Source: a virus (taxonomy: Duplodnaviria; Caudoviricetes). From it: a stretch of 64,000 bases of DNA. The translations under genes and the position numbers were made by a program. How positions within the stretch are numbered: position 1 is the first letter of the stretch; each line of letters opens with the position of its first letter. Shown here piece by piece: positions 1-9,196 of the stretch. The stretch spans positions 32,001 to 96,000 of the IMG/VR virus record IMGVR_UViG_2884152688_000003; one strand, given 5' to 3'. The notes under the pieces are model-generated. The model was not told the DNA's origin, ran no database searches, and worked only from the letters and a program-made list of their open reading frames with translations.

Positions 1-126
1 TGACACTTTTACATTGTCAATTGTCCAGCCTTCTTCGATTAGATCCACGATTGAATTATAATCCTTGTCTATATTATAAAATTTATCTTTTATTTTAATT
101 AAAAACATCTTAACCACTCCTTATTA

Positions 127-483
127 TTATTTTTTACCTGATCCACCTAAAATTATACTTACTAAAAATACTATCATTGCTACAAAACCGGTAAAGAGTC
201 CCCTGCCTACATCTGAAGCAACTTCTACAGCTTTTTCTTTGTATGCATTTTCTTGTACTTCTTCTTGTGGTGGATATTGTCCCCATGCAATTAATAATTG
301 TCTTTCACTCATTTCTAAAAAAGTCAAATTATCATTAGCTATATAATACATCTCTTCATCTGTGTGTCCATAATCTAGAGAGTCTTGTATTATTTTTAAT
401 TGATCCGCATTAAAATTGCCCTTGATATTGTGTTGTTTTAACCATTCTTTTGCTACCTTTGGTTTAAAATCAAAATTATACAT
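127..483 (-). CDS. Hypothetical protein with C-terminal transmembrane helix
   Basis: 118-aa ORF with RBS (AAGGATGG) and hydrophobic C-terminus LFTGFVAMIVFLVSIIL. Confidence 0.7.
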   Translation of the reverse strand: MYNFDFKPKVAKEWLKQHNIKGNFNADQLKIIQDSLDYGHTDEEMYYIANDNLTFLEMSERQLLIAWGQYPPQEEVQENAYKEKAVEVASDVGRGLFTGFVAMIVFLVSIILGGSGKK

Positions 484-499
484 ATTTTTACCATCCTTT

Positions 500-1057
500 T
501 TAATAAATGTAACGTATATTGTACAAGTCAGTTACTGTATTATCATTGTTTGATATTCTCAAATAATTAAATTCAGTACATTCTATTGGTGTTGTCTCAA
601 CAAATTGTTGATATAATTCTTTTGGAGCATCTATATATATTTCCCTATCATTTTTGAATGAGTCATATATTTGAAAGTGCATATCACAATATACAATATC
701 AACAGTTATATTATATTTTTTTATACGATCTTTTAAGATACTAGGTATTATTACTTTTTTTATCTGATGTGGTCTTACCTCATCAATGATATACTCATCA
801 TATTTACCTTTGTTATAATCTAAGTCACTTAAATTATTTAAGGTTGCATCTGTCACATCAATCTCTAATAATACAATTCCGTATTGCGTAAATGTATTAA
901 GTTCGGTTTTTGGATTAAACAAGTATACAACTTCTTTAGAATTTTTTGCCCGCTTATTATAATCCCAACTATCATTACCACATCTAGATATAGGCAAAAT
1001 ACCATCTTTTAGTATGCTATTCAAATCTTTTATATCAACATTTTTATACAATTTCAT
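500..1057 (-). CDS. Hypothetical protein, possibly ADP-ribosyltransferase-like fold
   Basis: MKLYKNVDIKDLNSILKDGILP...VYLF...EYI pattern recalls ART-like folds. GGAGG RBS favours the ATG at 1057. Confidence 0.45.
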   Translation of the reverse strand: MKLYKNVDIKDLNSILKDGILPISRCGNDSWDYNKRAKNSKEVVYLFNPKTELNTFTQYGIVLLEIDVTDATLNNLSDLDYNKGKYDEYIIDEVRPHQIKKVIIPSILKDRIKKYNITVDIVYCDMHFQIYDSFKNDREIYIDAPKELYQQFVETTPIECTEFNYLRISNNDNTVTDLYNIRYIY

Positions 1058-1075
1058 TTTCAAAACCTCCATATA

Positions 1076-1384
1076 TTATATTAAATCTTTGTATTTTTCG
1101 TTTAAATCATCAATTAAATTTAATATATCAGTCATATCAAAACCGTTGTAGCTTATTTCTTTCTTTTCTATATACTCTTTTTTCATTTCTTCAGGATAAA
1201 AATCTAGTTCCCTTTCAAAGTCTTCTATCTTTTCGTATGCATTAGCTAAATCATTCCACCAATTAAATGTATTTTCATTTTCCCAATAATAACCGTTTTC
1301 GTCTTCTTTTGCTTCTGTATATATTTCCTCATGTACTTCTACTAGCTCCAAGTTTTCTATATCTGATAAATAATATTTTTTCAT
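1076..1384 (-). CDS. Acidic hypothetical protein
   Basis: 102-aa ORF, AAGGAG RBS, very Glu/Asp rich. Confidence 0.7.
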   Translation of the reverse strand: MKKYYLSDIENLELVEVHEEIYTEAKEDENGYYWENENTFNWWNDLANAYEKIEDFERELDFYPEEMKKEYIEKKEISYNGFDMTDILNLIDDLNEKYKDLI

Positions 1385-1470
1385 TTTTTTACACTCCTTT
1401 TTAAAATTAATTGTTAAGATTATACTTTATATTATACTATATATTTAATGATTGTTGTTTTAAAATTTAA

Positions 1471-1809
1471 CTATAATTCTTCAATTATACAATTATATTC
1501 TGTGTGAAAATCATGGTAAAAGCAATCTGATAAACTTGAAAATAAATTACTTAATTGACTGTTTAAAATTTCTATTTTTTCTATAAAATAAAGTTCATCA
1601 TCATGCAGCCTATTGATTTTAAATTCACTATATTTTAACTTATCTATAATATCTTCAGCGGTATTTATTAATTCTTTGTAAAACAAAATTTTGTCTATGT
1701 TTGGATATCTTGTATTTTCTTTCAATGCAGTTTCTAAAGTTTTTTTAATTTCTATTTCTGTATTTTCTACAAGTGTATTTAATTCTTTTAATATATTTTC
1801 TTTATTCAT
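1471..1809 (-). CDS. Hypothetical protein
   Basis: 112-aa ORF with AAGGAG RBS in the early-gene run. Confidence 0.7.
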   Translation of the reverse strand: MNKENILKELNTLVENTEIEIKKTLETALKENTRYPNIDKILFYKELINTAEDIIDKLKYSEFKINRLHDDELYFIEKIEILNSQLSNLFSSLSDCFYHDFHTEYNCIIEEL

Positions 1810-1813
1810 TTTT

Positions 1814-2161
1814 CTACTCCTTATATACTGTATAAATATCCGTATTCTGTAAATTGTCCACCTTGTTCCATATTGCTAAAAACTTATTAAAATCATATTC
1901 GCTTAATTTTTCTACCTCCTCTACAAGTTCGTCCAATGTATATATATTTTCATATTCGCTAAATCCCTCAAATATTTCAGGATGATTACAATCATAATCA
2001 GATATGAAAATTTCTTCACTATCTTCACCAATTCCAATATTATTAAATACTTCTTGTATTTCTTCTGTTGTCGCTGGTAACGTCAACCACTCACCAACTA
2101 ATTTACCATTATTGTATTCGTGCAAGTTTGTTATATATATTTTAAAATTTAAGTTTTTCAT
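1814..2161 (-). CDS. ardA: Antirestriction protein ArdA (short form)
   Basis: IYITNLHEYNNGKLVGEWLTLP...EEIFISDYD...EYENIYTL is the ArdA N-terminal signature. The protein is acidic and shorter than typical ArdA. Confidence 0.8.
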   Translation of the reverse strand: MKNLNFKIYITNLHEYNNGKLVGEWLTLPATTEEIQEVFNNIGIGEDSEEIFISDYDCNHPEIFEGFSEYENIYTLDELVEEVEKLSEYDFNKFLAIWNKVDNLQNTDIYTVYKE

Positions 2162-2189
2162 TGTTTATTTCCTCCTCTTATTTGATTTG

Positions 2190-2426
2190 TTAAATATTCC
2201 CAACCTTCATTATTTCACTAAAATAATATTTCTGCTTATATCTAACAACATATGAGTCGCCCTTACCGTCATAATGGACTTTGCTAGTATATTTGTTGGT
2301 GATTTTACCTCCAGAATAAAAAGCTGTTGTTACCTTTTCGCCTACATTCCCATCCTCATCATCTAAAACAACAAGGGCGTCAAAGGCTGTTAAATTATAA
2401 AATCCCACTATCTTATTTTTTTTCAT
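2190..2426 (-). CDS. Hypothetical protein
   Basis: 78-aa ORF with GGAGG RBS. Confidence 0.7.
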   Translation of the reverse strand: MKKNKIVGFYNLTAFDALVVLDDEDGNVGEKVTTAFYSGGKITNKYTSKVHYDGKGDSYVVRYKQKYYFSEIMKVGNI

Positions 2427-2439
2427 TTTTTTGTACCTC

Positions 2440-2706
2440 CTAATATCTATACAGCGTATTGTTTTCTATAAATTCAACGCCCATTTTTTTTAAATCATTT
2501 ATAATAAAAGATCTTTCTTCCGCGCTATGCTCATTTAAGTCTTTAAGTTCGGTTGTTTCATAATACATGCCTGTATCAGTTGGATGTATTACTTTTATTT
2601 CTTCCAATATGTTTTTAGCTATATTATTAATATTTTTCTTGTATCTTCTAAAGTCATGGATATTATTAATACCAACAACGCTTTTTGCATAATCCTGTAT
2701 TTTCAT
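2440..2706 (-). CDS. Hypothetical protein
   Basis: 88-aa ORF with GAGGAGG RBS. Confidence 0.7.
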   Translation of the reverse strand: MKIQDYAKSVVGINNIHDFRRYKKNINNIAKNILEEIKVIHPTDTGMYYETTELKDLNEHSAEERSFIINDLKKMGVEFIENNTLYRY

Positions 2707-2870
2707 TTTTTTGTTCCTCCTCTTATTTTATATCTGTAAATTAAATATATAGTTATTAATGATATTATAATTATGCTAAATATATTAATCGCTATATTAT
2801 CGCTTATTACTGTTATTAACGCCAATATTGTAGATATTGTTGTTAATGTTGCTGTTGTTTTATTATTCAT
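2703..2870 (-). CDS. Small membrane peptide (55 aa, not in ORF track)
   Basis: Hand translation MNNKTTATLTTISTILALITVISDNIAINIFSIIIISLITIYLIYRYKIRGGTKK. Its TGA overlaps the next ATG (ATGA coupling). Confidence 0.55.
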   Translation of the reverse strand: MNNKTTATLTTISTILALITVISDNIAINIFSIIIISLITIYLIYRYKIRGGTKK

Positions 2871-2911
2871 TTTATATTGTAAATATGCGTTATTTGTGGT
2901 ATAATGGTTAC

Positions 2912-3081
2912 ATAATGTAAATATCTAGAGAGGTTTTGCAACCTCTCATCACTTAATTTAATAAGTGTAGTATCAATTTGATAATTACCGTTATCAAAGT
3001 ATTGATACTTATCAAGAGATTTATTAGTTTAACACGCTTGTACTCTTGACGTTTAGGATACCTTTTAGGTGTCCTTTTTTT
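2912..3081 (+). ncRNA. Putative antisense (antitoxin) RNA
   Basis: Promoter TTGTAA(2877)-17bp-TATAAT(2900) with extended TG, and terminator AGGATACC-tttta-GGTGTCCT-T6 (3055-3081), antisense to the 52-aa peptide gene. Confidence 0.55.
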
Positions 3082-3111
3082 ATGCAACTTTTTATTATTT
3101 ACACGTCGCAT
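2953..3111 (-). CDS. Small basic/hydrophobic peptide, putative type I toxin (52 aa, not in ORF track)
   Basis: MRRVNNKKLHKKRTPKRYPKRQEYKRVKLINLLISINTLITVIIKLILHLLN, RBS AAGGGGG, upstream promoter at 3175-3203. Confidence 0.6.
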   Translation of the reverse strand: MRRVNNKKLHKKRTPKRYPKRQEYKRVKLINLLISINTLITVIIKLILHLLN

Positions 3112-3174
3112 ATTTTCCCCCTTTCTCAATCAATTTTATATATTTTATTTCTTTGATTGCTATTTGTTAATTCA

Positions 3175-3203
3175 AGTATATCATTATTATTATGTTAAGT
3201 CAA
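3175..3203 (-). promoter_or_regulatory. Sigma-A-type promoter for the leftward early operon
   Basis: TTGACT-17bp-TATACT with extended TG on the minus strand. Confidence 0.65.
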
Positions 3204-4498
3204 GCAACTTTTTGATATATTTTTTAATTCTTTTTTTAATCCTATTTAAATATGCAACAATCGTATTTAATGTATATGTTGTAATATCAAGGATTGATGT
3301 ATTTAATTAAGTTGCTTGTTTGATTTGTTAATTACATCTTACCGCTATATTTAAACAATGTCAACAGTTATTTTAAAATAATTTTAAATATATTTTTTGC
3401 TGGTTATCGCATATAATGTAAGTAATATATGTGGTGATTGATATCTGGCTGAGTCATTGCAATACATACACAAGTTAATTAGTACTTGATAAAATTAATA
3501 GTTGTGTGGTACTATTGAAGTAGTTGGTAACTAGCTGAGTGTAACCCTTGTGTGTTAAACAAGAGGAAGAAGAGAAGGATAAAAAAAGAACGATTGAAAG
3601 AAAAAGAAAAGAAGAGAGTTGAAAAGTTAGAAAATTCTAAAAATAAAGAAAAATATAAATTTAAAGAAAATTAAAAAATGAACGATTAAACAGAATGTTG
3701 AAATATTGTTCGTGTTCTGATAATTTTATAAAAGTCAATACTTGACAAATTAAGTTAAATGTGATTTGAGTTGTTGGACTGTGGATAGGTTAAAAGTGTT
3801 AAGCATTTTCAATTTTTATATAAACTTGTATATACAAGTTGGAACAAAAAACATCATTTTATAAATTAAACTTCTAAAAAGATTTTATAAAATAAATTGT
3901 GTCGTTACGATAAAAAATTCTGAAATTTATATCATTTTTATATCGTTTTATAACTTTTTCGCAACTTCACAAAAAGGAAACGCCTATACGCTAGTGTTTT
4001 CAATGCATATAGGTTTTATTTAAACAATGATATATTATATATTTGATAATGTGGGGGGATATTTTCTACAGTTATCAGAATATTCTGAAAATTATACATA
4101 ACGTACCTCACGACTTACAACAAGAATTTTTTATAAATGTACGGATATTACCCACAAAATTGAGGTGTAAAAAATAGAGAGTACTTTTGAAGGTGATAGC
4201 CATATATTTTTTTGTAGGCATTATCCACAAATATTGAGCCTTAAATTTCAATTATTTTGAAGAAATCGTAAAAAACACCAATTATCCTATTAAAATTGTA
4301 GGTAACACCCACAAGTGAAGACGTATATAATTAAAAGAGGGAGGAAGAATTTCTATTTAACTAGTTAAAGATCTTTCCGAGACCAATGTTGTATATACAA
4401 GTAAAAAAATATTACAGGATAGAAAGTAAATAGATAATTTTGTAGATACCTTAGAATCGAAAATAAAACGTTTGCCTAGATAAGATTATTTGCACATA

Positions 4499-4527
4499 TT
4501 GACATAACAGAGTAATTATGGTATAAT
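4499..4527 (+). promoter_or_regulatory. Consensus sigma-A promoter
   Basis: TTGACA-17bp-TATAAT with extended TG. Confidence 0.8.
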
Positions 4528-4609
4528 ATGTATATATCGAAGTTTTTACTTTAATATATGTATCGTGAGAAATCATAATATATAAAATAATTTAATTTAG
4601 GGGGATAAA

Positions 4610-5713
4610 ATAATAGAAACAAAAGATTTAAAGAAAACAATAAAGGATAAGTTAAAAGAATTAATCAGTAAACTTGATTACAATATAAAGAGTTATAATG
4701 AGAGATTAACTTTAATAGAAGAAATACTGGGGATACAAATGAATAATGGAATAGAGTTTCCAGATGAGTTTTGGATAGATTTATTTGAACAAACAATAGA
4801 TCCCATAACCAAAACAGATAATTCAAGTATTAAACTATGCCTAGACCAAAAGGATAAGATTTACTCAAATACAAATGTAGCAATATTCTTAGAAAAGATA
4901 GCAAGTTATTTGATAAATTGTCCTGAGGTAAAGGAAGAAGAGACTTTAACTTATAAAATATATCACAGTAAGGAAATGTTTGATAAAAGTATTAAAGATG
5001 AAAAAGAAGTAAGAAAGTTATCAATGACTACAGAGGATAAATTAACTATGTCTATATTTAAGAAAGAAAGAAACTTTAAGAAAGCTAAAGATGTAGTAAT
5101 TAAACCAAGAGATATAAGACTCTGTAACCAATTAAGAGATTATGATTACTCATTAAATAAACTTAAAGATTTAAATAGAAACTCTAAGGTAATAAGAATA
5201 ATGAGTGAAATTAAGAAAGATATGCTATTAGTATATGATTCATTCTTTAGGCCTATTAGGTTTAAAAGTCCATTAAGAGATGAAGGTGAACCAGATTGGT
5301 CTAAGTTAGATATGATGGATAAAGGTACTATGAAAGAATTAATAAAGTTAAAAAGAACAGATGAAATACACAAAGATATTAACTGTATATTATTAGATGT
5401 TGAATTATTAATAAATAGAACAAACTTAAAAGATAAACATAGAGAAATATTAACATTATATAGAGAAGGTTATAGCAATAAAGAGATTGCAGATAAGCTT
5501 GATACATCAAAACAGAATATAGGTAAATATATAGATAGATGTGTAGAGAACCTTACAGACCAATACCATAGTGAATATGAAGATTGGTACTATCTTAATA
5601 TATCTAAAGGTAAATATCATAGATGTAAAGTATGTGGTGAAGTTAAGTTGGATACTAAATTTTATAAACATACTACAAGGAAGAGAAAGAATACTTGTAA
5701 AGAGTGTATCTAG
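4610..5713 (+). CDS. Phage sigma-factor-like / HTH transcription regulator with C-terminal Zn finger
   Basis: Region-4-like HTH (EGYSNKEIADKLDTSKQNIGKYI) and CxxC...CxxC. The frame is open from ATA 4610 behind an AGGGGG RBS, 43 codons upstream of ATG 4739. Confidence 0.7.
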   Translation: MIETKDLKKTIKDKLKELISKLDYNIKSYNERLTLIEEILGIQMNNGIEFPDEFWIDLFEQTIDPITKTDNSSIKLCLDQKDKIYSNTNVAIFLEKIASYLINCPEVKEEETLTYKIYHSKEMFDKSIKDEKEVRKLSMTTEDKLTMSIFKKERNFKKAKDVVIKPRDIRLCNQLRDYDYSLNKLKDLNRNSKVIRIMSEIKKDMLLVYDSFFRPIRFKSPLRDEGEPDWSKLDMMDKGTMKELIKLKRTDEIHKDINCILLDVELLINRTNLKDKHREILTLYREGYSNKEIADKLDTSKQNIGKYIDRCVENLTDQYHSEYEDWYYLNISKGKYHRCKVCGEVKLDTKFYKHTTRKRKNTCKECI

Positions 5714-5763
5714 TATTATCTTTTATCTATCTTAATCTATTTATCTTTAATGATTTTGACCTT

Positions 5764-5796
5764 GTATTAAAAGTATTAAAAGTATTAAAAGTATTA
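5764..5796. repeat. AT-rich 9-bp tandem repeat (GTATTAAAA x ~3.7), probable origin unwinding element
   Basis: Directly visible, adjacent to the iterons. Confidence 0.75.
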
Positions 5797-5840
5797 GGAG
5801 AGCTAAAAGCAAGTAGTTCCAAAGGTTAGAGGGGTGTAAG

Positions 5841-5924
5841 GGCGACTTTTTGTCACATTTTGGCGACTTTTTGTCACATTTTGGCGACTTCTTATCACAT
5901 TTTGGCGACTTTTTGTCACATTTT
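5841..5924. repeat. Four 21-bp iterons (GGCGACTTTTTGTCACATTTT)
   Basis: Tandem copies at 5841, 5862, 5883 (2 mismatches) and 5904, immediately upstream of the Rep gene. Confidence 0.9.
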
Positions 5925-5961
5925 AGATGTTATTTTACGAAAGGAGTGGTACGTATAAATA

Positions 5962-6600
5962 TTGTTAGTGAAATGTAAAAAAATATTAAATGAACAAAAT
6001 ATATCTATGTTTACTAAAGTGGAAATGAATGTATTTTTTTCATTAATTTATGTGGTTACGGAGAATCCTGAAGTTAATGAAATAGAATTAAAAGCAATTA
6101 AAAAACTATCTAGAGATAGTAAAAATGGTTATAACGATTTAAAAAAACAAATATCTTCAATAAATTCAAAGTTACAGAAAATGACATTCGTAGGGGAAGA
6201 TGGAAAAAAAACTCCGTTTCTATTATTTGAGACTTTACATGTATCCGACAAAGTTTTAGAAGTAAAAATATCCAAGCAGTTTGAGTATTTATTTATTGAT
6301 TTGTTCAATGAAAAAAAATCTATAGCCATATTTGATCTTGAAGAACTTACTATGATAGAAAGTAAATACAGCAAAACTTTATATAGAAAATTAAGTTGTT
6401 TTAAGAGAAGTAAGTGGTTCAAGAAAGAGTTTGATGAATTGGTGACAGAATTAGGATTTAACTCTAAATACAAAAAAAAAGATATAAAGGTAAAATTAAA
6501 AGATGCCATCAAAAAGTTAGATGTATATTTTAGAGATATTTCTATTAGTTATGAGAAAAAAACAATAAGTGGGGAAAATTGTGTAATTAAATGGAAATAA
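5962..6600 (+). CDS. Plasmid-type replication initiator (Rep_3/RepB family)
   Basis: FDLEELTMIESKYSKTLYRKL motif typical of Rep_3 winged-helix initiators, with iterons upstream. Confidence 0.8.
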   Translation: MLVKCKKILNEQNISMFTKVEMNVFFSLIYVVTENPEVNEIELKAIKKLSRDSKNGYNDLKKQISSINSKLQKMTFVGEDGKKTPFLLFETLHVSDKVLEVKISKQFEYLFIDLFNEKKSIAIFDLEELTMIESKYSKTLYRKLSCFKRSKWFKKEFDELVTELGFNSKYKKKDIKVKLKDAIKKLDVYFRDISISYEKKTISGENCVIKWK

Positions 6601-6690
6601 CTGAATATTTTATACAATTGGGAAAAAAGAGGTTTACTTTTCCGGTAGTTAGCATATATATATATAGAGGGGGTAATTAAGTAAATTAAA

Positions 6691-7074
6691 ATGGAAGAAA
6701 ATAAGAGATTATCAAACACAATGTTGACTCTTTACTTAACAGAATTGTTACAAAGAGAATACAATTTAAAATTCAGCGAAAGACAAATGAAAAAAATTCT
6801 GGATGGAATGGAATATGGGATAAAAACTTTAATAGAAGATGGCTATAGTTTTAAGTTATTAGATACCAATTATGAACCATATGTCAAGAAACCAGTTATC
6901 TATAAAGAAATAAGAAGTGGTGAAATTAAAAAGAGTGATGCTCGATTTGACGTTAGAACTTATATGTCTAGAAGTTATAGAAAAGAATTGGGAAAGAAAA
7001 CAAAGCACAAAACCAATGAAGAACCTAGGGTCATAGGCTTATATGAATCTGAAGTTCCGAAAAATTTGAAATAA
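6691..7074 (+). CDS. HU/IHF-like DNA-binding protein (divergent)
   Basis: Helical N-terminus followed by a beta-arm-like segment (KKPVIYKEIRSGEIKK). Position matches HU-like genes of SPbeta-type phages. Confidence 0.45.
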   Translation: MEENKRLSNTMLTLYLTELLQREYNLKFSERQMKKILDGMEYGIKTLIEDGYSFKLLDTNYEPYVKKPVIYKEIRSGEIKKSDARFDVRTYMSRSYRKELGKKTKHKTNEEPRVIGLYESEVPKNLK

Positions 7075-7097
7075 ATAAATATATTTATAAAAAGATA

Positions 7098-7126
7098 TTG
7101 ACATAACAATTAGCTTATGTTATAAT
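7098..7126 (+). promoter_or_regulatory. Consensus sigma-A promoter upstream of the IS and RNA cluster
   Basis: TTGACA-17bp-TATAAT with extended TG. Confidence 0.8.
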
Positions 7127-7318
7127 ATGATTATGTCAAAGAAAGACTTAGCAAACTAGCTAAAAATATAAAGGTGTATTCGCACAGGATTTACTTTTTT
7201 TATTTTTTAACTAATTTGGCAGAAGTCGCCTATCCTCTATAGGTGGATGATGAATGCCTTGTTTTTTTTATTCAAAAAATGTTATAATCAGTCTATATTA
7301 GAAAAGAGTTGATATAAC

Positions 7319-7723
7319 ATGGAATTAGATACAAATAATCATTCAGTATTTCTTCTATATTATCACCTTGTGTTGGTAACTAAATATCGTAGACAGGTGA
7401 TTGATGATGAAATATCTGATTACGCAAAAGCTACTTTTGAAAGAATTTCAGAATCTTATAACATTACTTTAGTTGAGTGGAATCACGATAAAGACCATAT
7501 TCATATTATGTTCAAAGCTCAACCTAAAACAGAAATGACAAAATTCATAAACGCCTACAAGAGTGCTAGTTCACGTTTGATAAAACGGAACTTTCCAAGA
7601 GTTAAACAGTTTCTTTGGAAAGAGATGTTCTGGTCTAAAAGTTTTTGTCTTTTGACAACTGGTGGAGTTCCAATTGATGTGATTAAGAAATACATTCAAA
7701 GTCAAGGAAGTAATCATAAATAG
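7319..7723 (+). CDS. tnpA: IS200-type Y1 HUH transposase
   Basis: YHLVLVTKYRR, HUH motif DHIH, catalytic Tyr in KKYIQSQ. Confidence 0.95.
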   Translation: MELDTNNHSVFLLYYHLVLVTKYRRQVIDDEISDYAKATFERISESYNITLVEWNHDKDHIHIMFKAQPKTEMTKFINAYKSASSRLIKRNFPRVKQFLWKEMFWSKSFCLLTTGGVPIDVIKKYIQSQGSNHK

Positions 7724-7739
7724 AAAGTAGGTGAACCTC

Positions 7740-8882
7740 ATGAAACAATTAAAAGCATATAAATTCAGAATATCTCCAACAGAAGAACAAGAAATATTCT
7801 TCGCTAAGTCTTTTGGTTGTGTTCGTAAGGTCTACAATCTAATGCTTGATGACCGAATGAAATCTTATGAAGAGACTAAGGATGATACATCTAAAAAAAT
7901 GAAATTTCCAACACCTGCAAAATATAAGAAAGAATTTCCTTTCTTGAAAGAAGTAGATAGCCTTGCTTTAGCAAATGCTCAACTAAATCTAGATAAGGCT
8001 TATAGGAACTTCTTTCGAGATAAATCAATTGGATTTCCTCGTTTCAAAAGCAAAAAAAATCCTGTTCAAAGCTACACAACAAATAATCAAAATGGAACAA
8101 TAACATTGGTTGACGGTAAGTTTATTAAGTTGCCTAAATTAAAGTCATTAGTTAGAATTAAACTGCATAGGCAAATTAAAGGAATTATCAAATCAGCAAC
8201 AATATCACGTCTTGCAAGTGGCAAATACTTTGTGTCTATTCTATGCGAAGAAGATATACAAGAATTGCCAAAGACTAACTCTACTATTGGCATCGACTTA
8301 GGAATATCTCACTTTGCTATACTATCTGACGGTCAAAAGATAGATAACCATAAATTTACTTCTAAGATGGAACAAAAACTTAAACGTGAACAACGCAAAC
8401 TATCCAAACGTTGCCTTATGGCTAAAAAGAAAGGCATTAAACTTTCTGATGCTAAAAACTACCAGAAACAAAAAAATAAAGTAGCTAAGCTACACGAAAA
8501 AGTAATGAACCAACGTGAAGATTTTCTGAACAAGTTAAGTACATCTATTGTCAAAAACCACGATACTATTTGTATAGAAGACTTAAATATCAAAGGAATG
8601 TTACGTAACCATAAATTAGCAAAATCTATATCTGATGTATCATGGTCTAGATTTGTAACTAAATTAGAATACAAAGCCAACTGGTACGGAAGAAAAGTTA
8701 TAAAAGTAGATAAATGGTATCCGTCTAGTCAAATTTGTTCTAACTGTGGACACAATGATGGCAAGAAAGAGTTAACCATAAGAGAATGGACTTGCTCTAA
8801 TTGCAACACGAATCATGATAGAGATATAAATGCAAGTATAAATATAAAAACCGAAGGAATTAGGTTACTAGAAATATCGTAG
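7740..8882 (+). CDS. tnpB: RNA-guided endonuclease TnpB
   Basis: AYKFRI N-terminus, RuvC D/E/D (GIDLG, IEDL, DRDINA) and CxxC...CxxC zinc finger. Confidence 0.95.
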   Translation: MKQLKAYKFRISPTEEQEIFFAKSFGCVRKVYNLMLDDRMKSYEETKDDTSKKMKFPTPAKYKKEFPFLKEVDSLALANAQLNLDKAYRNFFRDKSIGFPRFKSKKNPVQSYTTNNQNGTITLVDGKFIKLPKLKSLVRIKLHRQIKGIIKSATISRLASGKYFVSILCEEDIQELPKTNSTIGIDLGISHFAILSDGQKIDNHKFTSKMEQKLKREQRKLSKRCLMAKKKGIKLSDAKNYQKQKNKVAKLHEKVMNQREDFLNKLSTSIVKNHDTICIEDLNIKGMLRNHKLAKSISDVSWSRFVTKLEYKANWYGRKVIKVDKWYPSSQICSNCGHNDGKKELTIREWTCSNCNTNHDRDINASINIKTEGIRLLEIS

Positions 8883-9070
8883 ATAACATAAAAATCAAAG
8901 ATTTTCGTGTCTAACATATGTGAGAACCATAGGAACTATGGGGATAGCTTGGTAAATAAGAGAAACCTCTGTAAGTAAAGAAATACGCTTACAAGTATGT
9001 TCTGTTCCCAAGAAGCTCCCACTTCTAGCGTTAGCTAAGAGGAGAGTAGTTCACGATGTGGCAAAAAGCT
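8883..9070 (+). ncRNA. Putative TnpB omega-RNA (right-end scaffold plus flanking guide)
   Basis: Structured right end between the tnpB stop and TCAC. By established TnpB biology the guide is the flank starting at 9055. The 5' limit is uncertain. Confidence 0.6.
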
Positions 9071-9112
9071 TAAATGCTTTCAAAGGGAGGGGCGTGCTCC
9101 TTCCCCAGATTT

Positions 9113-9188
9113 GGATTAGTAGCTCAGTTGGTAGAGCATTCGGCTGTTAACCGAAGGGTCACAGGTTCGAGTCCTGTCTTTTCCGCCA
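9113..9188 (+). tRNA. tRNA-Asn (GTT)
   Basis: 76-nt cloverleaf: TAGCTCAGTTGGTAGAGC D arm, TTCGG-CTGTTAA-CCGAA anticodon arm, GGTTCGAGTCC T arm, encoded CCA. Two U-U mismatches in the acceptor stem. Confidence 0.92.
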
Positions 9189-9196
9189 ACAAGTTG

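Larger units (their letters stand above)
7204..9054 (+). mobile_element. IS200/IS605-family element (tnpA+tnpB), no intron
   Basis: Left hairpin ~7221-7258 and right hairpin ~9011-9050 ending in TTCAC at 9054. Left boundary is inferred from TTAT at 7200-7203 and is less certain. Confidence 0.85.

Noticed and set aside
5841-5924. 21-bp repeats as a CRISPR array
   Set aside because: The repeats are contiguous with no spacers and sit directly before a Rep gene, so iterons fit better. No CRISPR array was seen in the window.
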